Of a DNA stretch of 41,293 bases, positions 17,271 through 28,740 are shown piece after piece. The position numbers and the translations under genes were made by a program. The stretch lies in the NCBI GenBank assembly GCA_944390205.1, contig CALXPF010000003.1, positions 1 through 41,293 of the forward strand, given 5' to 3'. Positions within the stretch are counted from its first letter, which is position 1. Each line of letters starts with the position of its first letter. Origin of the DNA: an uncultured Alphaproteobacteria bacterium (GTDB lineage: Bacteria; Pseudomonadota; Alphaproteobacteria; CAAHEQ01; UBA3637). The notes beneath the pieces are model-generated. The model was not told where the DNA came from. It was given only the letters and a program-made list of their open reading frames with translations, and made no database searches.

Positions 17271-18143
17271 ATGTCTGTTATCCCATTCGATCGTTTTGCC
17301 TGTCCTATTGATCTCTCTTCGCTCACACAAACAAATACCGTATTTTCTTGTGCGCAAAAACACTCTTTTGATCAATCTCAAAAAGGGTATGTGAACCTTC
17401 TTCCCGTCCAATTTAAAAAAACAAAAGACCCCGGAGATAATCAAGAAATGGTTCTGGCCCGAAAATCTTTTTTAGAAACGGGACAATATCATTTTATTAT
17501 GGATACCATCATCGATTTTTTATCCGGCATTGTCTCTTCTCATCCGTCAGAGCCGATATATTGCGTGGATGCCGGTTGCGGAGAGGGATACTATCTGGAC
17601 CGATTTCAAAATTTATTTGTCCGACAATTTCCAAATACGCCTCTCGCCTGTTTGGGCTATGACATTTCAAAAGAGGCCATAAAAAAAGCAAGCGCCCGAT
17701 CTAAAACCATTCATTGGGCAGTCGCCACCAATGCCCATATTCCCGTCTTGTCTCAAAGTGTTGACTATCTTTTTTGTTTTTTCGGCTTTCCGGTTCCTTC
17801 CGAATTTTATCGAATTTTAAAAAAAGACGGGCTCCTGTTTTTGGTCGACCCCGGAGAAAAACATCTTTTGGAAATTCGTAAAAAATTATATCTTAAAATA
17901 AAAAAAGAAACCCCTTATCACTTGAATATGGATAAATTTCCTCAATTTAAACACATTAAAACCATCTCTCGGATAAAACAAATGGAGCTGTTATCTGACA
18001 CTGATCTGTTTAATCTGATCGCCATGACCCCTCATATCCACAGAGCCTCTGCCGAAAAAATTCAAACAACACTCCGGTGCTCTTTTCCGTCAATAACGGC
18101 TGATATTCGTATCAATGTTCTTTCCCCCGCCGATAAATCATGA
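17271..18143 (+). CDS. rlmA: 23S rRNA m1G745/748 methyltransferase RlmA-like
   Basis: N-terminal CP.D...C..H zinc region, HSFD...GYVNLL, PGDNQEMV.AR, DAGCGEGYY, MTP. Confidence 0.8.
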   Translation: MSVIPFDRFACPIDLSSLTQTNTVFSCAQKHSFDQSQKGYVNLLPVQFKKTKDPGDNQEMVLARKSFLETGQYHFIMDTIIDFLSGIVSSHPSEPIYCVDAGCGEGYYLDRFQNLFVRQFPNTPLACLGYDISKEAIKKASARSKTIHWAVATNAHIPVLSQSVDYLFCFFGFPVPSEFYRILKKDGLLFLVDPGEKHLLEIRKKLYLKIKKETPYHLNMDKFPQFKHIKTISRIKQMELLSDTDLFNLIAMTPHIHRASAEKIQTTLRCSFPSITADIRINVLSPADKS

Positions 18144-18532
18144 CCGATATATTAGAAAAACTATCAACCTCTCCCTTTCGATCTCGATTTCATCTGTCCA
18201 CTCAAGACAGATTATATGTCCGTCAAAAGGGAATGGAGACCCTCAAAAAGCATGCCCTTGATTTTATTCACAAGCGTCTCTCCCCTGCTTTTCCGCCAAA
18301 CGACGGGAAACAAACACCCATGCGGGGGCACCCCGTGTTCATTGCCCAACATGCCACGGCAACTTGCTGTCGTACCTGCTTAAAAAAGTGGCATCACATT
18401 CCTCTTCACACACACTTGTCACCACGACAAGAGGAAGAGATCGTCTCGATTATCCTTCGTTGGATCGACCGAGAAATGAGCACAAAAACACAAGCTCCGC
18501 CCCCCAAACAAGAAGAACCGCTTTTGATTTGA
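18140..18532 (+). CDS. DUF4186 family protein
   Basis: S.FRSRFHL, NDGKQTPMRGHPVFIAQHATATCCR.CL.KWH. Confidence 0.88.
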   Translation: MTDILEKLSTSPFRSRFHLSTQDRLYVRQKGMETLKKHALDFIHKRLSPAFPPNDGKQTPMRGHPVFIAQHATATCCRTCLKKWHHIPLHTHLSPRQEEEIVSIILRWIDREMSTKTQAPPPKQEEPLLI

Positions 18533-18603
18533 TCATCTTCAGACGACTCGACAAAAGAGTCTCCTTTTCAATCCCAAAATATCTCTTCAAAAGTTGCCCG
18601 TTC

Positions 18604-19623
18604 TTATCGACCCGCACTGTTTCGGCGCGCCAGAATATTAACCAATGTTGACGGTTTCATGAGAGGCGTTTCGTGCTTTTTCATAAACGGATTATCCGTA
18701 TGCGGTTGAACCGAATCTACCATCATTTTAGACAACTTCATGAGAGCGTCCTTATCATGACGTTCAATAACCCGTCTTAACAACATAAGTTTTGTATCCA
18801 AGTCATCTCGTTCTTTTTGAAACGATTTAAGCTTTTCGGCATTTTTTTCTTTTTGAGCCTCATTTAATCCTTTTCGAATTTCGGCAATCTGATTCAGATA
18901 AAGGCCCGAAAATACTTTTTGAGGTAATTCTCGCCCAAAAAAGGACATGTCCGCCTTCATACCGCACTCTTTTGCAAAGCTCTCCGCTTTTTTAATTTCT
19001 TTTTGATTAACGGATAAATTTGCTTCCCCCTTCATGCCGACAACCGTGGAAACATGAATACCGTTTCTCTCCAAAAAACGTTTGTAGGCATAAACGGAAG
19101 CAGCCGTTGTCAACGCATCCTCAACCAAAACAATTTCATAAAATTGGCTCACCCGTCTTAATGCCTTTAAAAACGGTGTTTTTTTGTTTTCCTCATAAAA
19201 TCTGGGGAAAAAAATACGATCTCCTCGTTTGACGATTTTCATCATCGTGTTATGAAGCGGGACAACGTGCGTATCGCTGTTGATCCACAAAGAGCCCAAA
19301 TTTTCAGGATAAACAGTATCTCCGAATATTTTTTGCAAATGTCTGGCAAAAGCTCCCGGTATCTGATTTTTATGACTTGTCCCCGGCATGGATAAAAACA
19401 AAGGCGGGCGATCGGTATCCAAAATTGCCTTTAGTTCTGCCGTTTTCTCCGGTGTCCAGCGCTGAGCGATCAGTCGCTCCGCCGATTGAATATCTCCCGT
19501 TTTACCGGCCTCAAACAAAGGATCATTCAAAAGACCATCCACATCCTTTTTCGAATAAATCGTCACACCGGCCTTCAACGGACGGCAAACATCCGTCACC
19601 GGTTCTTCTAAAATCCGTTCCAT
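18604..19623 (-). CDS. Hypothetical protein with a type I phosphoribosyltransferase-like domain (339 aa)
   Basis: IVLVEDALTTAASV resembles the PRPP-binding loop; ATG 19623 overlaps the upstream stop (TAATG). Confidence 0.65.
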   Translation of the reverse strand: MERILEEPVTDVCRPLKAGVTIYSKKDVDGLLNDPLFEAGKTGDIQSAERLIAQRWTPEKTAELKAILDTDRPPLFLSMPGTSHKNQIPGAFARHLQKIFGDTVYPENLGSLWINSDTHVVPLHNTMMKIVKRGDRIFFPRFYEENKKTPFLKALRRVSQFYEIVLVEDALTTAASVYAYKRFLERNGIHVSTVVGMKGEANLSVNQKEIKKAESFAKECGMKADMSFFGRELPQKVFSGLYLNQIAEIRKGLNEAQKEKNAEKLKSFQKERDDLDTKLMLLRRVIERHDKDALMKLSKMMVDSVQPHTDNPFMKKHETPLMKPSTLVNILARRNSAGR

Positions 19624-19823
19624 TATTTTGTCTTTTCTTTTTCTTTCTGACACAACATTTTCATCACAAGGTCCATATTATCTTGTTGACGTGCCGGAGA
19701 TGCCCCGTCACGGCGAACAAATTCGGCAACCTCACGCATATCATTCGGTGTCAAATCGGAACTCTTGCCCTGTTGAATATTTTTTAAATTCTGTTCAATT
19801 CTTTTTTGATCTTCTTGTTTCAT
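19623..19823 (-). CDS. Small hypothetical protein (66 aa)
   Basis: ATG 19823 with GGAG RBS and upstream promoter; stop overlaps the next start. Confidence 0.7.
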   Translation of the reverse strand: MKQEDQKRIEQNLKNIQQGKSSDLTPNDMREVAEFVRRDGASPARQQDNMDLVMKMLCQKEKEKTK

Positions 19824-19842
19824 GATTTTTCTCCGTTTTGAT

Positions 19843-19871
19843 ATTATATCCGTTTTTTGTCTCCTTGACAA
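19843..19871 (-). promoter_or_regulatory. Promoter of the two-gene small protein/PRTase-like operon
   Basis: minus strand TTGTCA(19871-19866)-17 nt-TATAAT(19848-19843); -35 lies inside dyad CCTTG-A-CAAGG. Confidence 0.65.
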
Positions 19872-19989
19872 GGCGTATTTTTAAATCTCTTTTGAGAAAA
19901 ATAAAAAATATCACAAAAAAAAAATGAACTATCCGATTGACTCATCGTTATTTTAAATGTAGTTTATCCTAAAAAAGAAAGGGTGAGAC

Positions 19990-21132
19990 ATGACTAAAGG
20001 GAAAAAACAATCTATATCATTCAAACTGCTGATTTATGCCGTTATCCTCTGCTTTGCCGGCGGTATCGGTTGGTATTTAAAAGGAAAAACGATTATTCAG
20101 GCTCGTCCTACCTATTCGGCGACAGACCCTTACGTCATTACGGGAAATCCCGTCATTAAAGATATTGCCCCCAAACGTAAATTCATCGCAACGGTTGAAT
20201 CCATCAACAGCGTTGACATAAAACCGCAAGTCTCCGGATATATTGATCAGGTCTTATTTAAAAACGGATCTTTCGTCAACGAAAACGATACTCTGTTTAT
20301 CTTAGAACAAAACAAATATGCCGCCAATGTCGATATTAAAAAAGCTGCTCTCGAAAAAGCAAAAGCAAACTATAATCAGCTCAAGAGCGATTATAAGCGA
20401 CAAGAGAAACTTCTTAAGGAAAAAATCTTGCCGGCTGCCGAATTTGAGGTTGTCGAAAGCACTCTGGTTCAGGCCGAAGCCGGTATTAAAGAGGCCGAAG
20501 CCGATCTTAAATTGGCAGAAATTAACTTGGATTATACAACCATTAACGCACCCATCAGCGGATATATCGGTAAAGCCTTGATGACAAAAGGAAATTATGT
20601 TGACACAAATACCACCAGTTTGGCCCGTATTGTCCAAACAGATCCGATCCGAATCAGTTTTTCCGTGACGGATAAAGACCGCCTTACCGGCCTTAACCGA
20701 ATAAAACCACACAATATGACTCTCCAAATTGTTCTGTCGGACGGGGAGATAATGACCGTAGAAAATCCAACGATTTTTACAGACAACGAAGCCAACAACG
20801 AAACGGCAACAATGGCGGTCTATGCCGAATTTGAAAATAAAGATCAGAAGCTCCTTCCCGGAAATTATGTCGACATCTTAATCGGGAACAAAGAAGAACA
20901 AAAATCTTTAACCGTTCCCCAAACAGCCATTGTCCAAGATATGAACGGTCATTATGTACTAACGGTTGATTCAGAAAATACCGTCAGTCAGAAATACGTC
21001 AAACTCGGAGAAATGAGCGGTAAAGATTACGTGATTTTAGAGGGGCTTTCCCCTACCGATAAAATCATTATTCAGGGGACACAAAAAGTCCAGAATGGTC
21101 AAAAAGTTAAGACAACCGAAGTATTGGAATAG
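19990..21132 (+). CDS. RND efflux periplasmic adaptor (MFP)
   Basis: N-terminal TM, VDIKPQVSGYI, helical hairpin, YTTINAPISGYIG; precedes an RND gene. Confidence 0.92.
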   Translation: MTKGKKQSISFKLLIYAVILCFAGGIGWYLKGKTIIQARPTYSATDPYVITGNPVIKDIAPKRKFIATVESINSVDIKPQVSGYIDQVLFKNGSFVNENDTLFILEQNKYAANVDIKKAALEKAKANYNQLKSDYKRQEKLLKEKILPAAEFEVVESTLVQAEAGIKEAEADLKLAEINLDYTTINAPISGYIGKALMTKGNYVDTNTTSLARIVQTDPIRISFSVTDKDRLTGLNRIKPHNMTLQIVLSDGEIMTVENPTIFTDNEANNETATMAVYAEFENKDQKLLPGNYVDILIGNKEEQKSLTVPQTAIVQDMNGHYVLTVDSENTVSQKYVKLGEMSGKDYVILEGLSPTDKIIIQGTQKVQNGQKVKTTEVLE

Positions 21133-21141
21133 GAAGAAAAA

Positions 21142-24100
21142 ATGTTTGCCCGTTTTTTTATTGATCGTCCGCGTTTTGCCATCGTTATTTCTTTGGTTCT
21201 CACTTTGGGAGGTCTCATTTCCTTATTTTCTCTCCCGATTTCGCTATATCCGGACATTACCCCACCGGAAATTCGTGTATCGGCGAGATATCCGGGAGCC
21301 AGCGCCGATGTGGTAGCCAAAACAATCGGTATTCCTTTGGAAGAAGAAATCAACGGCGTGGAGAATATGCTGTATATGAACTCTTCTTCTTCCGACGGTC
21401 GTTATACACTTACCGTCACGTTTGAGAGCGGTGTTGATCCCGATATCGCTCAGGTGAAGGTTCAAAACCGTATTCAACAAGCCACGTCAAAGCTTCCGAC
21501 GGAAGTGACAAGACAGGGATTAACCGTTTCGAGACGAGCCTCGGATACACTCGGATTTATTAGTTTTATTTCTCCAAACGGCACTTACGATACATCATAT
21601 ATCAATAACTTTTTGGAAAATAACGTCAAGAAGAGCATCAGCAAGCTAAACGGTGTCGGAGAAGTCAGTATTCACGGGGCCAAAATCAGTATGCGTGTTT
21701 GGTTAAACGCCGATAAAATCGCCGCTCTTAATCTTCCCGTTGAAAGTATCAGAAGCGCCATTGAAAGTCAAAACTATCAACCGTCTTTAGGAAAAATCGG
21801 TGCTCTGCCCAATGACGGATCACCGCAAATGGTCTATTCTTTGCAAACACAAGGACGAATCAATGAGGTCGAAGACTTTAAAAACATTATCGTGCGAACG
21901 GATACACAAGGGGGATTGGTCCTCTTAAAAGATATCGCCCGAGTTGAAACCGGGTTGGAAGATTACAGCAAAAGCGCCGAATTCAACGGACGGCCCTCCG
22001 TATCCATGTCCATCAGTCTGTCTTCCGGTGCCAATGCATTGGAAACAATGGATCGTGTCAAAGCAGAGCTCAAACGTCTCTCACAGTTCTTTCCGGAAGA
22101 CCTCACCTACGTCATTAACATGGATACAACGCTCTACATTAACGAATCCATTCATGAGGTGGTCTTAACGCTCTTTATCACTTTTGCGCTCGTGATCGCC
22201 GTCTGCTACATCTTCTTACAAAACTGGAGATCTACGTTAATTCCGTCTTTGACAATTCCCGTCTCTTTGTTGGCAACATTTATGGTTATGCTTTCTTTGG
22301 ACTACTCCATCAATATGTTTACGTTATTCGGATTGGTCTTGGCCATTGGGGTTGTTGTCGATGATGCCATTGTTGTTGTGGAACGTGTGATTTATTTGAT
22401 GGAGACGGAAAAGATCAATTCGAAAGAGGCAGCCATTCAAACCATGCAAGAAGTTTCGGGGGCCCTCATTGCCACAACGCTTGTTCTTTTAGCCATCTTT
22501 GTCCCTATCGGGTTTTTGGGCGGAATTACCGGAAAGATTTATCAACAATTTGCCATTACCATTTCAACGGCGGTCTGTTTTTCAACCCTGAACGCCCTTA
22601 CCTTATCGCCGGCTTTGTGCTCAATTTTGCTAAAACCGATTCCGCCTTATCAATCCGGTCCGCTTCACTGGTTTAACATCGGATTAAAAGCGTCTTCAAA
22701 CAAATATGCCGCCTTTGTTCGCCTTTTTGCACGAAAGCTCACGTTTATTCTGTTGGCCTTTTTAATCTTTGTCATGACATCTTGGGGATTGCTCAAAATC
22801 AGTAAAACATCTTTTATCCCCGGAGAAGATCAAGGGATTGTCATGCTGAACATTCAATTACCCGAAGGAGCCTCTTATCATAGAACAAAAGAAATTATTG
22901 ACCGTGTGACTCCCATCATGAAAAAAGAACCGGGGGTTGAAAACGTCATGAGTATCGCGGGCTTTAGTTTTACGGGCGGTGAAGGTGAAAATATGGGAAT
23001 GGCCGCCATAAAACTGGATCCTTGGGAGAACAGAACGGATCCTTCTTTGTCCTCAACAGCCATTTTAAATAAATTAAAAGCTAAGTTTGATCAATTTCCG
23101 GAAGCCCAGTTTCAATTTATGGAGCTACCGGCTATTCCGGGGCTCGGAATGTCCGGAGGCTTGGATTTTAGATTACAATCTTTAATGGATACGGATTATG
23201 AACAATTAGACGCCAATACGCAACGGTTCTTACAAATTATCAATCGTGATCCTCGTATTCAATTTGCCTATACAACCTTTACGGCAAAAACACCCAATAT
23301 TTATTTGGATATCAATCGAACAAAGGCGGAATCCTTAAAAGTTCCGCTCAGCAATATTTATACAGCCCTTGAAAATTATCTGGGATCCGGATACGTCAAT
23401 GATATCAACTTCGGAACACAGGTCAACAAGGTTGTGATTCAATCCGATTGGAAATACCGTGCCAATCTGGACAGCCTCAACTCTCTTCATGTTCCGAATC
23501 AAGATGGTGTCATGATCCCTCTTAACACGTTTGTAGATTTAAGATACACGTTAGCGCCAAGAACCATTACCCGATACAATCAGTATCCCAGTGCCAATAT
23601 TAACGCCGTTCAAAAACAAGATGCCAGCTCGGGAGAGGCAATGGCCGTTTTGGAAAGCGCTGCCACACAAATGCCGACCGGATACGCCTATGAATGGTCA
23701 GGCATGAGCTATCAAGAAAAACAAAACCAAGGACAAGTCGGATACTTGATTGCTTTGGCCATTTTGTTCGCTTATTTATTTTTAGTGGCTCAATATGAAA
23801 GCTTTATTGTACCGCTTCCCGTGTTGATGTCCATTGTGGTTGCCATGACGGGCGGTATGATCGGTTTATTTATTACGGATTTACCCCTCAGCATTTATGC
23901 CCAATTGGGACTGGTCTTATTGATCGGATTGGCCGCTAAAAACGCCATATTGATTGTCGAATTCGCTAAAGAAGAGCGAAATAAAGGCAACTCCATCGTT
24001 AATGCCGGATTAAAGGGATTAACCGAACGGTTCAGAGCGGTTTTAATGACGGCCTTTACGTTTATTTTGGGTGTTTGGCCCATGATTGTTGCAACGGGGG

Positions 24101-24273
24101 CCGGTGCCGGTTCTCGAAGGGCCATCGGAACACCCGTTTTTTACGGGATGTTGGTCGGAACGGTATTGGGGTTGTTTATTATTCCGCTCTTATATATTCT
24201 CGTTCAAACGGGATATGAAAAATTTCGGGATCGTTTTTTAACACATAATCAACCTAAACCGGTTAAAAAATAG
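21142..24273 (+). CDS. RND efflux transporter, HAE1 (AcrB-like)
   Basis: [43 protein letters not shown] proton-relay motifs. Confidence 0.95.
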   Translation: MFARFFIDRPRFAIVISLVLTLGGLISLFSLPISLYPDITPPEIRVSARYPGASADVVAKTIGIPLEEEINGVENMLYMNSSSSDGRYTLTVTFESGVDPDIAQVKVQNRIQQATSKLPTEVTRQGLTVSRRASDTLGFISFISPNGTYDTSYINNFLENNVKKSISKLNGVGEVSIHGAKISMRVWLNADKIAALNLPVESIRSAIESQNYQPSLGKIGALPNDGSPQMVYSLQTQGRINEVEDFKNIIVRTDTQGGLVLLKDIARVETGLEDYSKSAEFNGRPSVSMSISLSSGANALETMDRVKAELKRLSQFFPEDLTYVINMDTTLYINESIHEVVLTLFITFALVIAVCYIFLQNWRSTLIPSLTIPVSLLATFMVMLSLDYSINMFTLFGLVLAIGVVVDDAIVVVERVIYLMETEKINSKEAAIQTMQEVSGALIATTLVLLAIFVPIGFLGGITGKIYQQFAITISTAVCFSTLNALTLSPALCSILLKPIPPYQSGPLHWFNIGLKASSNKYAAFVRLFARKLTFILLAFLIFVMTSWGLLKISKTSFIPGEDQGIVMLNIQLPEGASYHRTKEIIDRVTPIMKKEPGVENVMSIAGFSFTGGEGENMGMAAIKLDPWENRTDPSLSSTAILNKLKAKFDQFPEAQFQFMELPAIPGLGMSGGLDFRLQSLMDTDYEQLDANTQRFLQIINRDPRIQFAYTTFTAKTPNIYLDINRTKAESLKVPLSNIYTALENYLGSGYVNDINFGTQVNKVVIQSDWKYRANLDSLNSLHVPNQDGVMIPLNTFVDLRYTLAPRTITRYNQYPSANINAVQKQDASSGEAMAVLESAATQMPTGYAYEWSGMSYQEKQNQGQVGYLIALAILFAYLFLVAQYESFIVPLPVLMSIVVAMTGGMIGLFITDLPLSIYAQLGLVLLIGLAAKNAILIVEFAKEERNKGNSIVNAGLKGLTERFRAVLMTAFTFILGVWPMIVATGAGAGSRRAIGTPVFYGMLVGTVLGLFIIPLLYILVQTGYEKFRDRFLTHNQPKPVKK

Positions 24274-24297
24274 TTTTAATCACCCCAACAATTTGAC

Positions 24298-26127
24298 ATG
24301 GATAATATCGCACCGATTTACACGCTTAAAAACGCTTATCTGACCTTTGGAGTTCATCCTCTTTTTACCGGAGTCGATATTTATATTCAAAGGGGAGATA
24401 AAATTTGTCTTATCGGTAGAAACGGATCCGGCAAATCAACGCTTCTGAAGGTAATTGCCGGTTATTTAGAGCCGGATAACGGAGAAAAATTTATTCAACC
24501 GGGGCTCCAAATTGCCTATATGCCTCAAGAATCTGACCTAACAGGCTATAAAACCCTCAGGGAATATATTCTTTCCGGTCTCAAAAAAACGGATAAAGAT
24601 GCCTCTTATAAAGCGGATATTTTAATTGAGCAATTAGACATTCAAAAAGATCTGAATCCGGATCAAGCCTCCGGCGGAGAGAGAAAAAAAGCCTCTCTTG
24701 CCAGAGTGCTGATTCAAGAGCCGGATATTCTTTTGTTAGATGAGCCGACAAACCATTTGGACATCACCACGATTGAAAAATTAGAACAGATCATTCGACA
24801 AACCGCTTCTGCCGTGATTGTTATCAGTCATGATCGTTCTTTCTTAAAGCGGGTTTCCACCAAAACATTTTGGTTGGATCGAGGTATTTTAAGAATCAAT
24901 AACGCCGGATATGATCAATTCGAAGATTGGCAGGAACAAGTCATCAATCAAGAGATTATTGAACAAAAACAGCTCATGAAACGGATTGAGGAAGAAACCG
25001 AATGGCTTCATAAAGGGGTAACGGCTCGCCGAAAAAGAAATATGGGCAGGCTGAGACGTCTTATGGCTCTCCGACAAGAAAGACGCAATCAAATTAAGCA
25101 ACAAGGATCCGTGAAATTACAAATTGACAAAGGATCTCTTTTATCAAAGATGATTATTGAAGCCAAACATGTTTCAAAATCATACGGGGAACGAAAACTG
25201 GTAGATAATTTTTCCACGCGCATCATGCGAGGCAATAAAATCGGAATTGTCGGACCAAACGGGGCCGGAAAATCGACCCTTATTAAACTCTTAACCAAAC
25301 GGATTGAACCGGATCAAGGAACCGTTCGATTAGCAAAAAACATTCAAGAGGCCTATTTTGATCAAAACAGGATGACTCTCGATCAAACAAAAACACTCTG
25401 GAAAACTCTGGCTCCCGAAGGAGATCACATTTTTGTCAGAGGTCATTTTCGTCATGTGGTATCCTACTTAAAAGATTTCCTGTTCACCTCCGCTCAAGCC
25501 AACACGCCCGTAAGCGCTCTCTCCGGCGGTGAAAAAAACAGGCTGATGTTAGCTGTCGCACTGGCTAACCCTTCTGATTTTTTGGTTTTGGACGAACCAA
25601 CCAACGATCTGGATATGGATACGCTTGACCTGCTCCAAGAAGTTTTGGATGAATATGACGGAACCGTTTTGATCGTCAGTCATGACCGAGATTTCTTGGA
25701 CAAAGTTGCCACCTCGCTTTTCTACATGCCGGGGGATGGGACAATTACCGAATTTATCGGTTCATATTCAGAGCTTTTGGAACAAAACCGTCACAAAAAA
25801 AAGTCATCTCCCGCAAAATCCTCCGGCCAAGGGAAAAAAGAAGATTTCGCACAAAACAGACCGAGCCTCTCCCGAATACCGTCTCAAAACAAAAAAAAGC
25901 TGTCATTTACGGAAGAACACCGATTAAAAACACTGCCGGCGCAGATTGCTTCTTTGGAGGACAAAATTCGCCGTCTGGAAGAGCAAATATCCGATCCCCT
26001 TTTATATCAAAAAGATCGTCTCCTCTTTGAAAAAACAGGAATGGATCTGACGGCATTAAAGAATAATCTGGATCAATTGGAAACGGAATGGCTGGATTTA
26101 CAACTCCGATCGGAAGAAAATACGTGA
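24298..26127 (+). CDS. uup: ABC-F ATPase, Uup-like
   Basis: Two Walker A motifs (GRNGSGKS, GPNGAGKS), LDEPTN twice, GVTARRKRNMGR linker, C-terminal KLSF coiled coil, no TM. Confidence 0.85.
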   Translation: MDNIAPIYTLKNAYLTFGVHPLFTGVDIYIQRGDKICLIGRNGSGKSTLLKVIAGYLEPDNGEKFIQPGLQIAYMPQESDLTGYKTLREYILSGLKKTDKDASYKADILIEQLDIQKDLNPDQASGGERKKASLARVLIQEPDILLLDEPTNHLDITTIEKLEQIIRQTASAVIVISHDRSFLKRVSTKTFWLDRGILRINNAGYDQFEDWQEQVINQEIIEQKQLMKRIEEETEWLHKGVTARRKRNMGRLRRLMALRQERRNQIKQQGSVKLQIDKGSLLSKMIIEAKHVSKSYGERKLVDNFSTRIMRGNKIGIVGPNGAGKSTLIKLLTKRIEPDQGTVRLAKNIQEAYFDQNRMTLDQTKTLWKTLAPEGDHIFVRGHFRHVVSYLKDFLFTSAQANTPVSALSGGEKNRLMLAVALANPSDFLVLDEPTNDLDMDTLDLLQEVLDEYDGTVLIVSHDRDFLDKVATSLFYMPGDGTITEFIGSYSELLEQNRHKKKSSPAKSSGQGKKEDFAQNRPSLSRIPSQNKKKLSFTEEHRLKTLPAQIASLEDKIRRLEEQISDPLLYQKDRLLFEKTGMDLTALKNNLDQLETEWLDLQLRSEENT

Positions 26128-26391
26128 TCCTTTAATCAACAAACAAAAATACAACTCCTTTCAAGGCTTGTTTTTATCCTGTCACAAAAACCGTCTCATG
26201 CCGTTATTTCTCTATTCTCAAAAACATGGTTTCTAACCGGTTATGTTGATCAAAAACCATAAAAAATTCTTAAAAACACACTTGATTTTTTGAGATTTTG
26301 AGAGTAAAACTAAAGCGTTTTCAAATAGATTACGCATTCATCCTCTCGGACTGTTTGTGTTTGTTTAAAATTTATTCTACGGATCAAAAAA

Positions 26392-28740
26392 ATGCACGGA
26401 ATACCAACTTTAATTACTGATTTGACACTCATTACGATTTACGGAGCTCTTATTACTTTGTTATTTAAATGGATGAAGCAACCGGTTGTTTTGGGGTATA
26501 TCATTGCCGGCATTTTAGCCGGTCCGCATTTTAATGCACTTCCGACCGTTACGGATAATGAAAGCATTAAAATCTGGGCGGATATCGGCGTTATCTTTCT
26601 TTTATTCAGCTTGGGGTTGGAATTTAGTTTTAAAAAGATTGTCAATGTCGGGAAAGCCGCGATGATCACGGCAAACGCCAATATTTTATTTATGCTGTTT
26701 CTGGGCTATAACGTGGGACTGATGTTGGGGTGGACAACGACAGACAGTTTGTTTTTGGGGGGGATGATTTCAATGTCATCCACAACCATTATCATCAAGG
26801 CTTTTGAAGAGCTCAATCTCAAAAAAATGAAATTTACCGATTTGGTTTTCGGCGTATTGGTTGTTGAAGACATGGTGGGTATTTTACTTTTGGTTTTACT
26901 TCCGACCATTGCCCTCAGCAACAGTGTTAACAGTACCGAATTATTACTCAGCACCTCAAAACTCATTTTCTTTTTGGTGATTTGCTTTGTGATCGGCATT
27001 TACATTATTCCGACATTTATTTCCAAAGTGGCTCGCTATTTAAATGACGAAATGTTATTGTTGGTTTCGATCGGATTGTGTTTAAGCATGGTTTTGCTTG
27101 CGACAAAATCCGGTTTTTCATCGGCTTTGGGAGCCTTTATCATGGGATCCATTTTAGCGGAAGCCAGCATTGTCCATCGAATTGAAACCGTCCTAAAACC
27201 GGTAAAAGATTTCTTTGGCGCCGTCTTCTTTATTTCTGTCGGAATGATGGTGGATCCGGCCATGTTCCTTGAGTATGCTTGGCCGATCGCCGTTATCACG
27301 CTGATTGTCATGGTCGGTAAAATTTTGTTCTCATGTTTTGGATTTATGCTGTCGGGGCAACCGCTTAAAACATCAATCTTATGCGGTTTTTCATTGGCTC
27401 AAGTCGGTGAATTTGCCTTCATTATCGCCGCCCTCGGGATGAGCCTCGGGGTTATCAGTGACTATGTTTATCCGATCATTGTAGCTGTTTCCGTTATCAC
27501 GACATTCACAACGCCGATGATGATCAAGTCCGCTGTTCCGTTTTACAATAAACTCAATAAGATTCTGCCCGAAAAATGGCATGATTTTTTGGATCGCAAC
27601 ACATCACGTCTTCCCGACTCGCATGAAGAAACGAATTTATGGAAAGACCTGTTTAAAAACTTTTTCATTCGTTTCTTTTTATTCTCTATTATTTTAATTT
27701 TTATCGTCAACCTCTCGTTCCATGTTTTCCAACCGTTGGTTCTCAAAACTTTTCCGAACTGGGAGGGACGTATTCTCATGACCATAACAACCCTCATGAT
27801 GATGGCACCGTTTTTGAACGGTCTGTTGGTTTCTAAAAGTAAAGTTTTACAATTGTATTTCGATTTATGGTTGGCTAAAAAATCAAACCGGATTCCGCTC
27901 ATTTTATTAACCAGTTTTAGAATTTTGACGGTCGTCTTTTTTGTCATGATTGTCATTCAACAATTTTTAACCGCCAATCCGATCGTCACGTCTTTGTTGG
28001 TTATCGGCTCTATTTTCTTGTTGTTAAAATCCAAGTGGGTTTTAAACCAATATATGAAAATCGAAACACAGTTTTTGGTCAATTTAAACAGAGAACAAAT
28101 GGAAAATCAGTTTAAAAACACCAAACAGGAAAGCCGTATTTCGGATGAAGAACAGTGGTTGGATTCTTCCTTATCCATTGCACAGTTTAATATTGAAGAT
28201 TTAAGTTTCTTTGCGAACAAACCGTTACGAGAAACACAATTTCAAGAGAATTTTGCCATAAATGTTTTAAAAATCATTCGTGGCAAGCAAGTGATCAGTG
28301 TTCCGAGAGGATCTGAAATTCTTTTGGCTGGCGATAACCTATTGGTTGTCGGTACGGATAAGCAAATTAAACTCTTTAAAAACGCCATGAAAAATAAAGG
28401 GCTCAAAAACACAACCATTGCCGAAAGTGAAGACAAAAGCATCAATTTACATGACTACATTTTATCTCAGGAAAAATACGAGATTAAAAATGATACCATT
28501 ATTTTATGTTGTGCCGTTCAAGTGACTAAAGAATCTCTTTTGGCCGGTCATACCATTCACGAATCCAATATTCGCAACAAAACAAAATGTCTTGTTGTCG
28601 GAGTGGAACGAAAATCTTCCCTGTTTATTAATCCGGATGTTTCTTTTACCTTTAAAGAGGGAGATTTGATCTGGATTGTCGGGGAACAAAAAGCCGTTTC
28701 CAAAGAGGTCTTTCGAGAGCGCTCTTTCCAAACAGCCTAA
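26392..28740 (+). CDS. CPA2-family cation:proton antiporter with C-terminal TrkA-C (RCK_C) domains
   Basis: KQPVVLGYIIAG, LGLEFSFKK, SMSSTTII, VVED, SLAQVGEFAFII; two RCK_C-like repeats. Confidence 0.9.
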   Translation: MHGIPTLITDLTLITIYGALITLLFKWMKQPVVLGYIIAGILAGPHFNALPTVTDNESIKIWADIGVIFLLFSLGLEFSFKKIVNVGKAAMITANANILFMLFLGYNVGLMLGWTTTDSLFLGGMISMSSTTIIIKAFEELNLKKMKFTDLVFGVLVVEDMVGILLLVLLPTIALSNSVNSTELLLSTSKLIFFLVICFVIGIYIIPTFISKVARYLNDEMLLLVSIGLCLSMVLLATKSGFSSALGAFIMGSILAEASIVHRIETVLKPVKDFFGAVFFISVGMMVDPAMFLEYAWPIAVITLIVMVGKILFSCFGFMLSGQPLKTSILCGFSLAQVGEFAFIIAALGMSLGVISDYVYPIIVAVSVITTFTTPMMIKSAVPFYNKLNKILPEKWHDFLDRNTSRLPDSHEETNLWKDLFKNFFIRFFLFSIILIFIVNLSFHVFQPLVLKTFPNWEGRILMTITTLMMMAPFLNGLLVSKSKVLQLYFDLWLAKKSNRIPLILLTSFRILTVVFFVMIVIQQFLTANPIVTSLLVIGSIFLLLKSKWVLNQYMKIETQFLVNLNREQMENQFKNTKQESRISDEEQWLDSSLSIAQFNIEDLSFFANKPLRETQFQENFAINVLKIIRGKQVISVPRGSEILLAGDNLLVVGTDKQIKLFKNAMKNKGLKNTTIAESEDKSINLHDYILSQEKYEIKNDTIILCCAVQVTKESLLAGHTIHESNIRNKTKCLVVGVERKSSLFINPDVSFTFKEGDLIWIVGEQKAVSKEVFRERSFQTA

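Noticed and set aside
26310-26391. Riboswitch upstream of the cation antiporter
   Set aside because: Only a weak AU/GU-rich hairpin; no recognisable aptamer consensus
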